Source of the DNA: Candidatus Bathyarchaeota archaeon
GTDB lineage: Archaea > Thermoproteota > Bathyarchaeia > 40CM-2-53-6
Assembly (NCBI GenBank): GCA_963833125.1
Contig: CAWHWX010000004.1
Coordinates: 187,249-251,248, forward strand
DNA: 64,000 bases
Direction of reading: 5' to 3'
Positions 50,916 to 62,183 of the stretch are shown in pieces (position 1 is the stretch's first letter; each line of letters starts with the position of its first letter). The notes below the pieces were generated by a model that worked only from the letters and a program-made list of their open reading frames with translations, had not been told where the DNA came from and did not search any database. The translations under genes and the position numbers were made by a program.

Positions 50916-51941
50916 TTACTGAGTCGATTTTGCATATGTGGATTTGATATATGGCAGGATCTGTTTTGCGTAGAGTTCAATAGTTTTGAGTTCTTCAGGG
51001 CTTGAACTCGTAACGTGAATGTTTGTGAAACCGAGACGAATGTACTTTTCAATGCACTTAATGTGTTGCTCGGGAGTTGTACCGATAAGCCAGGATTGAA
51101 CTAGTTGTTCGTTTCCGACCAGTCGGCCATATGATTCGATCTCCCTTGGATCAGAGACGGGGTACTTGAAGACGAAGGGAAGGGCAGTGCCCGCCCAGCA
51201 TCGAACCGATGCTAACGCCTTATCGTAATCTTGGTCGTAGGAAACGTATACTTCAACGGCCTTGTCAATGCTCTCGGGATCTCTTCCCATTTCACGGGCA
51301 GCTTTGTTTAAGGTGGGAAAGAGGACGTTTGTGTAATGGCTCTCAGGAAAAGGCAGAGTCAACAACCCGTCAGCGTACTTGCCAGCAAGTTCGGTTGCTG
51401 CTACACCACTAGCGGCAACGTATATTGGGACAGGCGATTTCGGTTTCGTGTACAAGTTTGCTTTTTTCAGTCGGTAATATCGCCCCTTGAAGGTCACCCA
51501 ACTTTCACTCCAAAGGAGCTTGATGACTTTGATTGCCTCTTCTAGGCGTTGGATTCTCTCCTTGAACGATGGCCATTCATAGCCTAGGGGAACCTCGTTC
51601 ATTGCTTCTCCCGTACCCAAACCGAGGAAGATCCTCTCAGGGTACATGAAGCCAAGAGTCGCAAAGGCTTGTGCAACTATTGCCGGGTGATAGCGGAACA
51701 TTGGGCATGTTACTGCTGAACCGATCTGCACCTTCCTTGTCTTCTCAGCCGCAGACCCCATCCAAGCCCACGCGAAACCTCCGGAAGCATCCGAATGAAA
51801 CCAAGGATGGAAATGGTCACTGCACCAAATCCCATCAAAACCTGCCTTCTCCGCTGCGACCGTAAAGTCGAGAAGCAGATTTGGATTATACTGTTCATGA
51901 GCAACCGAGTAACCGAGTTTCAGAGAAGGCTTCATGGGCAA
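50916..51941 (-). CDS. F420-dependent LLM-class oxidoreductase, glucose-6-phosphate dehydrogenase-like
   Basis: HEQY, SDHFHPW, RYHPAIVAQAFATL, LGLGTGEAMNE. Confidence 0.9.
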   Translation of the reverse strand: MPMKPSLKLGYSVAHEQYNPNLLLDFTVAAEKAGFDGIWCSDHFHPWFHSDASGGFAWAWMGSAAEKTRKVQIGSAVTCPMFRYHPAIVAQAFATLGFMYPERIFLGLGTGEAMNEVPLGYEWPSFKERIQRLEEAIKVIKLLWSESWVTFKGRYYRLKKANLYTKPKSPVPIYVAASGVAATELAGKYADGLLTLPFPESHYTNVLFPTLNKAAREMGRDPESIDKAVEVYVSYDQDYDKALASVRCWAGTALPFVFKYPVSDPREIESYGRLVGNEQLVQSWLIGTTPEQHIKCIEKYIRLGFTNIHVTSSSPEELKTIELYAKQILPYIKSTYAKSTQ

Positions 51942-52103
51942 CTAAACTCTCGAACCATTTGCTAAACTGAGATTTGCTAATTTACTTCACGGTTCCTTAC
52001 TAAATCCTTGGTTAACTTTGACTTCGTAGGAATTCATTCCAAGCATTTTAGTTCCACTCCATCTTTATGTTTGGGATGCCCAACATCGGAGAGCTGGTTT
52101 GGA

Positions 52104-53243
52104 ATGAAGATTACTGATGTTACTGTCACTCCATTGAAGACCTCTGAGAAGTCAATCTCAGGCGGACCGGACGCAGCGCTTGTGACTATTGAAACTGACG
52201 ATGGAATCACCGGTATTGGAGAAACATGTGCACATAGCGAAAGAAGCGAAGCCGCGCTTGCTGTCAAAGACATAGTTGAGATTGGCTTTAAGCCTCAGCT
52301 TCTCGGCGAGAACCCGTTTGAGATAGGCAGAATTTGGGAAAAATTGTACACGTACTCTGAATGGTACGGGAGACGAGGAATCGCTATGTACGGCATGAGC
52401 GGGATAGACGTGGCACTCTGGGACATCATGGGCAAGGCTCTCCATCTGCCAGCATCAACTTTGCTCGGAGGAGCGTACCGTAAGAAAATCCGAGTATATG
52501 CGAGCATGCTTTTCGACATGCAAGACTTCGAAGCGACTGCTGACGAAGCAAAAAGCTACGTTAAGGAAGGTTACACGGCCGTAAAATTCGGCTGGGGCCA
52601 AACCCGTGAAACCTCCTATGGATTGGACGCTGAGAAGGATGAGGCTATAGTGCGAACTCTTCGAGAACGGTTAGGCGACAAGATAGACATCATGGTTGAT
52701 GTGGGGAGGTTCGTCAACTGGTCTCTTCCCCACGCCATCAAGATGGCCAACCGCCTGGCCAAGTATAACATCTTCTGGCTCGAGGAGGCTCTGCCCCAAG
52801 AGGACCTTGAAGCTTACTCGGAACTCAGGAACTCCACCGACGTTTACATCGCAGCCGGTGAAGGTGAGTACACTCGCTACGGTTTCCGAGACTGGATCGT
52901 TAAACGGGCGGTAGATATCCTCCAGCCTGACGTAACTAAGGCAGGCGGGCTAACAGAAGCGCGAAGGATAGCGGAAGCTTGCGACCTTTGGAACATCATG
53001 CTTGTTCCTCATGGTTTTAGCAGCGCCATCAACGTTGCCGCTAACCTCCAACTCGTAGCCGCAATGCCTCGAGCATTCTTGCTTGAATTCAGGAGGACCG
53101 CAAGCCCGCTCATCAACCGGCTCGTCAAGAAGCCGTTGAAAGCTGAGAATGGATATCTAACAATACCCGACGGTCCCGGGCTTGGAATAGAGTTAGACCA
53201 GTCCGTAGTCGAAGAGTGCACGCTCAAAGTACGAAGCCGATAA
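52104..53243 (+). CDS. Mandelate racemase/enolase-superfamily enzyme (acid-sugar dehydratase-like)
   Basis: MKITDV, GIDVALWDIMGKA, KFG, MVD...WLEE...AGE, QPD, PHG. Confidence 0.92.
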   Translation: MKITDVTVTPLKTSEKSISGGPDAALVTIETDDGITGIGETCAHSERSEAALAVKDIVEIGFKPQLLGENPFEIGRIWEKLYTYSEWYGRRGIAMYGMSGIDVALWDIMGKALHLPASTLLGGAYRKKIRVYASMLFDMQDFEATADEAKSYVKEGYTAVKFGWGQTRETSYGLDAEKDEAIVRTLRERLGDKIDIMVDVGRFVNWSLPHAIKMANRLAKYNIFWLEEALPQEDLEAYSELRNSTDVYIAAGEGEYTRYGFRDWIVKRAVDILQPDVTKAGGLTEARRIAEACDLWNIMLVPHGFSSAINVAANLQLVAAMPRAFLLEFRRTASPLINRLVKKPLKAENGYLTIPDGPGLGIELDQSVVEECTLKVRSR

Positions 53244-53278
53244 GTAATTTCTTCCGTTTACTGCAGCTGCCTGATTCT

Positions 53279-54218
53279 CTAGGCTAATTGAGCCAGAAAA
53301 CCATGGTACGTCTTTTCGATCCCCTTCTCCATTGTATATTGAGGTTCGAACCCAATCTCTCCTTTCAGCCGCGTGGTATCGTATCTCCAAGCGATCCCGA
53401 ACTTACCTTTCTCAACATCTAGTTTTGCGTTTTTCGCGATTTCTCGAAGGTAATTGACGCTCTCAACAACCGAGCGTACATCGCCCTGCGTGTTGAACAC
53501 ACGCGTTTTCGTTTTCCGAGGCAATTTTGTTGTCTTGACGACGAGGTTTGATACGTCTTCGATATATTGCCAATCCACCAGGTCATCCCCATAGGGAACT
53601 GTGTAAGGTTCGCCCTTCGCCGCCATTTCGATCATTTTGGTGGTGAATGAACTCTTTCCACGAATTCTACCTATACCGTAAACATCCGTGAACCTCAGGC
53701 CGATACTGTCTACCCCATACTTCTCAAAATAGTGCGTGACCATGTATTCGTTGAGGGATTTGCATGCGCCGTACACACTCACTGGGTGATGGGGCGCATC
53801 GTTTGCAACGGGTTTTTCGTCGTAAAGTTCGGGAGGACCGAAGACAGCTATCGAACTTGCCCATACAAGCCGGTTAACATCAAGTACTCTGCAAGCCTCT
53901 AAAATATTCAGTGTGCCTTCGCAGTTTATTTTCAACGCGGGATGGTGGGTTGGCGTCGGACGCGGGTATTTGAAGCGAGGCCATATGCACAATCTTGTCG
54001 ACGTCGTGGTCGCTTATCGTGTTCAGGAGCAGTGGAAGGTCGAGAACGTCACCTGAGACTCGAATGATCTTGTCCATACTCCTACGGTCAATAGCATATT
54101 GCATTATAGTAAGATCGGGCGAGGCGTCGAAACTTACGACCCTTTCACCCTTTTCCAACAAATCTCGAATTACGTACGCACCAATGAATCCTGTGCCTCC
54201 CGTGACGAGATAGGTCAT
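53279..54218 (-). CDS. NAD-dependent epimerase/dehydratase (frameshift near 53945)
   Basis: TGGTGFIG, ASS, YGACK across two ORFs. Confidence 0.88.
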
Positions 54219-54342
54219 AACTTCTCGACCGATTCAAGGTGCACTAGTTCCTGAAATCACTTACTACCCGCTCTTACCTGCGCAACAATGCAAATACGCA
54301 ACTATACCATCCCTCCGTCAGGAAGAAGAGAGGTATAGAAGT

Positions 54343-55375
54343 GTGAAAGCGGTCGTGAAGGACAAGCCCGTTCCAGGAATCTCAGTCAAGGAAATGCCTA
54401 AGCCCCGACCGGCGCCAGATGAAGCCCTGCTCAAGGTTCACCGCGCGTCCATCTGCGGAAGCGATATTGGGCTTTACAATTACACTGCCGCGTACGCAGG
54501 TTTTGCAAAACTTCCGGTAATACCAGGCCACGAATTCGCTGGTGAGATCAGTGAAGTGGGTTCCGCAGTGTCAGATTTCAAAACGGGGGAGCGCGTCATG
54601 GCGGAATCTATTCTATCTTGCGGCTCCTGTAAGTTTTGCCGAGAGGGGCAAACGAACCTTTGCTTGAACTTCAAAATCTTTGGAATGCACACAAATGGTG
54701 GATTTTCGGAATACCTGAATGTTCCTGAGAGACATCTTCACAAGTTGAAGGGCGAATTGACGTTTCAGGAAGCGGCCTTAGTTGAGCCTTTGGCTGTGAC
54801 GGTTCATGCGCTTTTCGACGTTGCGAGTGTTGAACCAACAGATTTCGTTACCGTTCTTGGACCGGGCCCCATAGGATTAATGGCGGCCCAAGTTGCACGC
54901 GCATCAGGCGCCCGAGACATACTGATCACCGGAATCGACATTGATTTGGCAAGGCTTCAGATCGCACGAACGATGGGTTTCACGACACTCAATTCAACGG
55001 AACAGAACCCTGTAGAACGGACAAAAGAGCTGACAGGAGGGATAGGAGCTGACGTGGGCGTAGTCGCGGCGGGTGCAGGCGAAGCCTTGATTCAAGCGTG
55101 CCAACTCGTTAGGAAAGGCGGCAAAATAATCAACATCGGTATATTCGCAAAGACAGTCGAACTACCCGTGACCGACCTAGTTCGAAGACAGGTCTCATTA
55201 TACGGCACTTTCGCGCTCAACCTGGAAGAACTACGAGGAAGCGATGAACTTGGTCGTCAAACAGAAAGTCATGCTCAAACCGTTGGTTACCCATGAATAT
55301 CCTCTCGACGAAGCTCCGTCAGCATTCAAGGTTGCGACCGCCCGCGAGGGTTGCAAGGTCCAGTTTGCAATGTGA
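54343..55375 (+). CDS. Zinc-dependent medium-chain dehydrogenase, threonine/sorbitol dehydrogenase-like (frameshift near 55215)
   Basis: ICGSD, GHEFAG, CGSCKFC...C, GPGPIG; the shifted C-terminus ends TGA at 55375. Confidence 0.9.
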
Positions 55376-55389
55376 ATTCCAGTTAATTG

Positions 55390-56518
55390 TTAGTCTACTC
55401 GGTATTTCTGAACGGTTTTTTCGTTCAGTTCAATGCCTAACCCCGGTCCTTTGGGAACATCAACGTAACCGTCCCTGACTCTGAAATCTCGTTTCAACAA
55501 ATCATAGCGCAAGGGTGAGTCCGGAGGCAAAGCGAATTCCAAGTACGGGGCATTGTCGATTGCGGCAAGAAAATGCAAGTTTGCCGCGATCGATATCCCC
55601 GTCTTCCAGCAATGCGGTATCAGCTGGACGCCCCGGGCTTTTGAGAGTTTGGCAATCCTTCTTAGCTCTGTGATTCCTCCAGCCCTACTTATGTCAGGCT
55701 GAATGACATCGACTCGGCCCTTCTCCATCAGGTCGTTAAACTCGTGGCGAGTCGTGTACTGCTCACCGTAGGCGATTCGTAGATTCACAGCTTCGCTCAG
55801 CATTCGATATTTCTCCAATTCGTCGGGTCCAAATGGAGCTTCGAGAAAGTAAACACCGTATTCTGCATACATGCGCGCTTGCGATATTGCTTGTCTTACA
55901 TCCCACCCTGGTTCGGTAACGTCGGTCATTAGGTCAACCTTATCCCCGACCGCCTTGCGACTTGCTTGTAGTATATCTCTGTCAAATGCTGCATCTCGGC
56001 CAAGGGGTGCGCCGTCGAGCTTCACTGCTCGAAATCCCTTGCTAACTGCGTTGCGCGCATTCCTCCCAATTTCGCGCACCGTTTCTTCCTATGGGGTAGA
56101 GGCTCGCGTACACTTTGATTCTGTTGCGGGTTTTTCTGTGAAATAGTTCGCTTACGGGCTTGGACTTGGCTTTTCCGACAATGTCCCAGAGCGCGATATC
56201 TACTCCGCTAATAGCGGCAATAGCTACCCCCCGTCTTCCGTAGTAGATCGACCCTCTGTACATCTTCTCCCATAGCCTTTCAACATCGAGAGGATCCTCG
56301 CCGAGCAAAAGTTCTCGAAGGCCTTTGCTCCAGCTGTGCGAGGTTGGAGCCTCTACAACTGCCTTCACAATTTCCGGAGACGCATCAACTTCACCCACCC
56401 CTTCGATATTTTTATCGGTGTGAATTCTAACTAGAAGGTCGTCCTGTGAGCCGTCAAGAAACTTTTCGTCAACTCCAGGAGTGCGAAGAGGAATAGATTC
56501 CACGTCAGTGATTTTCAT
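55390..56518 (-). CDS. Mandelate racemase/enolase-superfamily enzyme (frameshift near 56085)
   Basis: MKITDV, GVDIALWDIVGKA, KLD, MTD...FLE...YGE, QPD, PHC. Confidence 0.88.
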
Positions 56519-56815
56519 TGGATCTCGCTGAAAACTGTTGCATGAGGCTTTAACGTTTCCATCGAGAGCACTGCACTGTTAGTAATTCGGGCTGACGCTG
56601 CAACGAAATAATGGGAAGGAGAAACGCTGTCGCGAAAGCAGCAGAGATCAAATCATTGTTTTCGGTAGATGCCAGGTTGGGGCAAGGCCGGGAATCACCT
56701 GTGAGGCAGAAAGAGGCCTCTGAACCACGTTCAGAAACAGACGATGTGCGGAAACGAGGCTACGGGATCCCTAACTCGGGATGAGCTGACTGACCAGGGG
56801 TTCCTCTATAGATAA

Positions 56816-58154
56816 CTAAATGACCACGGATCTGATTCCAGTCATATTGCAAAACTCAACAAGTTCAGTAGATACGTCTCCTAATCCAAGAATCCAGTGA
56901 TGGCTCATTCCTCTCGCCTTTTCAAGAACCGCTCTGCAAGGAAGCCGGAATCTCACGTTAGCCACGATTCCCCCGTGAAAGACCTGCTTTGCCTCAATGT
57001 TTTCGCCGGCTGCGATGAGCATCCGATAGGTCCCTCGTCTTCCTGTCAAACTGGCTATCGTAACGGGTCCAGGTTTGATCTTGTACACCACACTTACCCC
57101 TCTACCCGTTGGAGAGCGGTCGGGTTCCAAGCTTATTTGGTCCCGTGAAGTCGTCGAGGCTCGGAGCTCCAGCTCCGTAGTGAGCCACCAACAATGCGTC
57201 TTCCTCTTCAAGGATTCCGAGTAGTTCTCCATGGAAGGATGGTTTGCCTGTGAGCAGAGCTAGAAGGAAGAGGGTTAGTGTCGAATGAACATCTGCTTCG
57301 CAACCCGCGGGAGTTCCCCTCTCATTCAGCATGGAGAAGCCCAGATTTGGAATCCCAATAATATCGAACCAATCCTCGATCGCTATGGCATTCAACTTCT
57401 TCTCTCGAACAATACTATCCAACGCCATGTACGCCTTCACGCCATCCAATATCTGCTGGTCATTCACTGAGATTCTCCCCACCCCTTTCGATATCTCTTG
57501 CCACAGGCGACGGGCTTCCGTTTCATTCGCCTGCTGCATCAACGTGTGAAAGAGATGAAGGCTGACTCCAACAACTCGGCCCCCTATCCTCTGATGCAAT
57601 TCAATTTCATCGAAGGCCGCCTGCGTTTGTCCACCAATCCTTTGGTATCCCAACACGCCAACACGGCATTGATGAAGCCTCATCCTAGCAGCACTCACTT
57701 TTGCGAACCTACCAATCTCACGTATCACGCGTTTGTCATCGACATTGCCGAACACTAGCTTGTAGTACCGATCAGTCTCGGAGAGAACTGCCGACAATTG
57801 TTGCGCCCCTGCCATTGAGCCAGTATCAAACTCATTCGTCCCCCACAAGATCGCCGGTAAATTCGATTGTTCTATTACAGAAGTTGCGAAGGTGTTGTTT
57901 GCGTAAGTAGCGTACAGGACGCAAATCGCATCGAGTTCTCGGCGCGAAAATTGATGCGCAACCTCAATTCCGACCTGATCGTTGTCGATAAGTGTCTGGG
58001 CGGAGACTACTCCCAGACCGGCATTAGCCAATGCTTCGCCTGCCCTTCTATGCAGAGTCCGTGCATTTTCTGCGCTACCCATCTCGTAAGGGCTGAAGAT
58101 AGTGGCGAGACCAACATTTGGTTTGACCGAGAACGTCGAGGTTTGTCCTAGCAT
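56816..58154 (-). CDS. L-fucose/L-arabinose isomerase family protein (frameshift near 57140)
   Basis: AGCEAD metal motif, AHYG, KPGPVTIASL, HHW at the C-terminus; start approximate. Confidence 0.82.
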
Positions 58155-58239
58155 TGTTTCCGCATCCCCAATGATCTTTAGCCGATGAGGTGCTGACAAG
58201 AATTAAATACTGCCGTCTTCGTTTACTTAACTGGATTTC

Positions 58240-59844
58240 TTGGGCTCCAAAGTATTCGTTAGAGATGCGACTGGTCTAGTCAGAGCTCTCTCTCCATTCG
58301 ACAATTTCATGCTAGGGATTGTTGGCATTACTCCAGGTGTAGCCTTAGTTCTGTACAACGTGTACCTTCCTTATCTCTACCCAGGCGTTGATATGACCCT
58401 CGGGACACTTGGGTCAATCCCGGTAAGCCTAATCTTCGGAGCAACTTACTATCTGCTATCTATCTCAATGCCTAGAAGCGGCGGAGACTATGTGTACGGC
58501 AGCAGAATCATCCATCCACTCTGGGGTTTTCTGCCTAACTGGATGTACACATTCGTAAACGTAAGTGCTCTCGGATTCTATGCTTCGACCGTCGGCGGAA
58601 GTTACCTGGGTGTCTTCTTCGCAATGTTGGGGAGCTTTTACAAAAATAGCCAGTTACTATCATGGGCCGCGGCGGTTTCTAGTATCAATGGCGCGTTTGT
58701 CGTGGCTATAGTCGTAATCTGGATTAGTGCGGTGATAAACGTCTTTGGGATGCGCGCCTACGCGAGGGCGCAGTTGGTGATGTTCGTTATCGCGATGTTA
58801 GGAATCATAGTGATGCTGGGCATCTTAGCCTCAAATAGCAATCAAAGTTTCCAAGCTGCCTTCAACCAATATGGAACAGGGTATAACACTACTTACACTG
58901 GGATTATTAATCAAGCAAAGGGTGCGGGTTGGTCTCCCCAAGGATTTAGCGTAACACAGACCATGCTAGCTTTACCGTACATTGCAGGTTTCAGTTTGGC
59001 AACAGTGTGGCCTGTTATTCCTGCAGGCGAAGCTAAGAGGCCACAGAAATCCATGCTCTATGGCACCATCTATGCTATCATGGTCGCAGGTATCATTTAC
59101 CTGATTACAACGATTCTCTATTACAACGTTGTAGGCGACCAATTCACCAAAGCGATTGGATACGTCAGCAATTGCGGATGTACTACTTACACTCTTCCAG
59201 TCGGACCGTACATACAATTCCTGACAAGCATGATGACTAACAATGCCGGCCTGGTATTCTTCTTGGGGTTCAGCTTCCTTGTATGGAGCGTTATACTTCT
59301 CCCTGCGTTTTACATCATTACAACTAGGTCGATGTTTGCTTGGAGCTTTGACCGTCTTCTCCCATCCTTTATCGCAGATGTCAACCACACTTTCCACGCG
59401 CCTATGAAAGCAATAATTATCGTTGCAGTGCTTTCATCAGTAGCCGCTGCCCTGTCTCTGTACACAACCTACGTCGGCTATGCCTTCAACCTCACGCTGG
59501 CCGTCGTCTCATCATTCGTATTCGCCGAAGTCACGGCGGCAGTGTTTCCCTACAGCAAGAGGGCGCGTCCCATTTACGAGCAGGCGCCAGCGATCGTAAG
59601 AAAGAAGATTGCAGGTATTCCCGCAATTACAATAATTGGTGCCACCGAAGCCATCATCTTTGCCTACTTGACTTATCTTGACGCAACAAGTCCAGCTCTA
59701 AGCGGACCGATCAATCCTGCGTCATTGGGATTGATAGGTATCATGTACATCGTCCCCTTCGCACTTTACTATACTGCCAGAGCATACCACAAGTCACACG
59801 GTGTTAACATAGATCTAGCATTCAAGGAAATTCCTCCAGAATGA
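58240..59844 (+). CDS. APC family permease (archaeal type)
   Basis: FVRDATGLVR, MPRSGGDYVY, FAWSFDRLLP, EIPPE. Confidence 0.92.
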   Translation: MGSKVFVRDATGLVRALSPFDNFMLGIVGITPGVALVLYNVYLPYLYPGVDMTLGTLGSIPVSLIFGATYYLLSISMPRSGGDYVYGSRIIHPLWGFLPNWMYTFVNVSALGFYASTVGGSYLGVFFAMLGSFYKNSQLLSWAAAVSSINGAFVVAIVVIWISAVINVFGMRAYARAQLVMFVIAMLGIIVMLGILASNSNQSFQAAFNQYGTGYNTTYTGIINQAKGAGWSPQGFSVTQTMLALPYIAGFSLATVWPVIPAGEAKRPQKSMLYGTIYAIMVAGIIYLITTILYYNVVGDQFTKAIGYVSNCGCTTYTLPVGPYIQFLTSMMTNNAGLVFFLGFSFLVWSVILLPAFYIITTRSMFAWSFDRLLPSFIADVNHTFHAPMKAIIIVAVLSSVAAALSLYTTYVGYAFNLTLAVVSSFVFAEVTAAVFPYSKRARPIYEQAPAIVRKKIAGIPAITIIGATEAIIFAYLTYLDATSPALSGPINPASLGLIGIMYIVPFALYYTARAYHKSHGVNIDLAFKEIPPE

Positions 59845-60047
59845 GAGTTGCATTAGTTTCGACTTGATCGTTAAGAAGCCTCGAACATCGTTTTGCCTCT
59901 GAACACGTTAGCTGGACATCAATTACGGAACGCTCGATTCCAAAGCCATGTTGTTGGATAGGACTTTAACATCTAGTTGCATTCGTGCGCGCTTGATATC
60001 CACTAGGGCCGTGGATCGCTCCTTCGAGAACCACGATTCGCAACGGC

Positions 60048-60995
60048 TTACGCATTCTCAAGAAAGCTGTTAAGCGCACCCTCGGTGGGGAAACGCGAAG
60101 GATCCGAATTCCCTCTTGTCATCAGAATTGCAGCCGCTGCGTTCCCTTTCCTTGCACAAACCTCAAGCGCATCCTCCTTTAGGGCTCCCGTAAGAAATGC
60201 AGCGTCGAAAACATCTCCCGCTCCCGTTGAATCCAACGCGCTGATCTTGAAGGCTTTCAAGATAATACGTTTGTTTCCTGAAAAGATGACGCTTCCTCTC
60301 TCTCCGCGCTTGACAGCAAGCACGCCGGAAAAGTACCGCCTAATCTTGCCTACCGCCGAAGTAATGGTATTCTCACCTGTCATTGCTAACAGTTCCGTCT
60401 CGTTAGGTTCAAAATAATCCACGTGAGGTAGGATTTGCTTCAGGTTCGCACGTTCGGATCTACTGAAGTTAAAGGGAGGCCAGCCGGGATCAAACGAGAT
60501 CTTAACGTTCTTCGCTCTGAGTTCGTGAAGTAGACGAGGCAATTCCTCTCGCAGACGAGGAAGCATGTAGTAACCTGAAATGTGGACGATGTCCTCGTTT
60601 TCCGTTGATTGAATTATCTCGTCTTCGTCCCTTTTCAAGGAGAAAGTATCCTGATGCCCCAGAAATGTTAGGAAGAGTCGTTCCCCATCCGAACGAACCA
60701 CACTAACGGTAAAGCCCGTTGATCGAGTTGTTTTACGGAGGAATCGGAGGTTAAGTCGCTTTATTGTCCTCAGCTCAGCTTCGATGCGTGCGCCTGCTGG
60801 ATCCGAGCCAATGTTGCTGATTAGGTACGTTGTGTTTCCTAGTGAGCCACTAGCTATTGCGAAGTTCGCTCCTTGTCCTGCCGTTCTCCACCGTGTTTCC
60901 TCAAAGAAAATCTCCGTACCCCATTTAGGAAGTTTGTCTGTGTGGAGTAGGATTATGTCGAGACAGGTATTCCCTATCGAGATTACCTTCGGCAC
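60048..60995 (-). CDS. PfkB/ribokinase family carbohydrate kinase
   Basis: GQGANFA, SFDPG, PNETE, DSTGAGDVF. Confidence 0.93.
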   Translation of the reverse strand: MPKVISIGNTCLDIILLHTDKLPKWGTEIFFEETRWRTAGQGANFAIASGSLGNTTYLISNIGSDPAGARIEAELRTIKRLNLRFLRKTTRSTGFTVSVVRSDGERLFLTFLGHQDTFSLKRDEDEIIQSTENEDIVHISGYYMLPRLREELPRLLHELRAKNVKISFDPGWPPFNFSRSERANLKQILPHVDYFEPNETELLAMTGENTITSAVGKIRRYFSGVLAVKRGERGSVIFSGNKRIILKAFKISALDSTGAGDVFDAAFLTGALKEDALEVCARKGNAAAAILMTRGNSDPSRFPTEGALNSFLENA

Positions 60996-61014
60996 CTGAT
61001 CTTCTCCGCGCCTT

Positions 61015-62070
61015 CTAGGAGGTTAGAGACTTCATGTTTGCGTATGGGATTACTGATCCCATGTACCTACGCGATGACGGAGGTTTACCTCTTAACAAGG
61101 CTAGATGGTAGACGAACCAGTTTGCTGGAATGGAAAGATAGAAGGGTGCCAGATACTCGTCAGTCGCAGGGAAATCTTTCGAATCCCAGACTATTGTCTT
61201 AACGCCCAGTTTTCTGCAGGTTTCCATTTCTCGGCGGATGTCTTTCTGGGATTCATCGGAGCCTATCAGAAAAATGACTGGAAGACCCGCTTCCATTTTC
61301 TCAACAATGCCATGCCTGAACTCCGTTGAGTATTGAACCAACCCATGCAGCCAAACGTTCTCTGTGATCTCTGTCATAGCTAACTTGTATGCTACACCGT
61401 ATGTTGGTCCAGCGCTGATAACGTAGAAGAGACTCTCGTTTTTGAATTGTTCTGCGATTTGTCGGGCTTTAGATTCCTGTTCAGCGATTATGGCTGGAAG
61501 CCGTTTTATCAGATTGTCGAGGCTCGATTTGAGTTCGTCGACTTTCGTTGATTCTTGACGATGCTTAGCGAGGAAACCCAGGAGGAGGTATAGTAATGCG
61601 ACTTGGGTGAGGTGAGCTGCAATCATGGCCTTCGTGTCTTTAGAGATAATTCGCAGCGCCTCATCTGCCTCCTTAGCAAGGGTGTTATCCTCAGGACCAG
61701 AAATCGAAACTGTATATGCCCCATGCATCTTCGCAAATCGTAACGCTGAGACCACATCCTCCGTCTCGCCGCTGAATGAAACCAGAATTACACATGAATG
61801 ATTTGAGAGAGAAACAGGGTTCTGATATTCAAACTCGTATCCTCTGAACACTTCGACGGACAGAGTTGTGATTCGATCGGCCAAGGTCTTACCCATGAGT
61901 GCTGCAGAATAAGATGACCCCATTCCCACTATGAAGATTTTGCGACATTTCTTATCTTCAATGTTCTTCGCTACCCTTTGCAGTTGTTCTAGCTCGCGGT
62001 CAACAGTTTTGCGAAGAGAATCTGGTTGATCCAGGATCTCGAGTCTCGTACGTTCATCTGTCTCGCTCAT
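61015..62070 (-). CDS. Double-SIS sugar-phosphate isomerase/deglycase (FrlB/GlmS-isomerase-like)
   Basis: EILDQP, GMGSSY, SFSGETED, EFRHG, C-terminal RRYMG as in FrlB-type proteins; no glutaminase domain. Confidence 0.88.
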   Translation of the reverse strand: MSETDERTRLEILDQPDSLRKTVDRELEQLQRVAKNIEDKKCRKIFIVGMGSSYSAALMGKTLADRITTLSVEVFRGYEFEYQNPVSLSNHSCVILVSFSGETEDVVSALRFAKMHGAYTVSISGPEDNTLAKEADEALRIISKDTKAMIAAHLTQVALLYLLLGFLAKHRQESTKVDELKSSLDNLIKRLPAIIAEQESKARQIAEQFKNESLFYVISAGPTYGVAYKLAMTEITENVWLHGLVQYSTEFRHGIVEKMEAGLPVIFLIGSDESQKDIRREMETCRKLGVKTIVWDSKDFPATDEYLAPFYLSIPANWFVYHLALLRGKPPSSRRYMGSVIPYANMKSLTS

Positions 62071-62183
62071 GTTTTCTCACTACTTCTGGGAGGATGAAGC
62101 CCAGGTTTTCGATTAAAACGTGGTTATGTGTGGGCATCGGACCGCAATAGGAGTGAAAGATGGTTCTAATGAGGTGGTACTTT

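Noticed and set aside
56520-56815. C/D box sRNA in the 300-bp gap between the isomerase and the dehydratase
   Set aside because: CTGA motifs are present, but no properly spaced RTGATGA C box was found.
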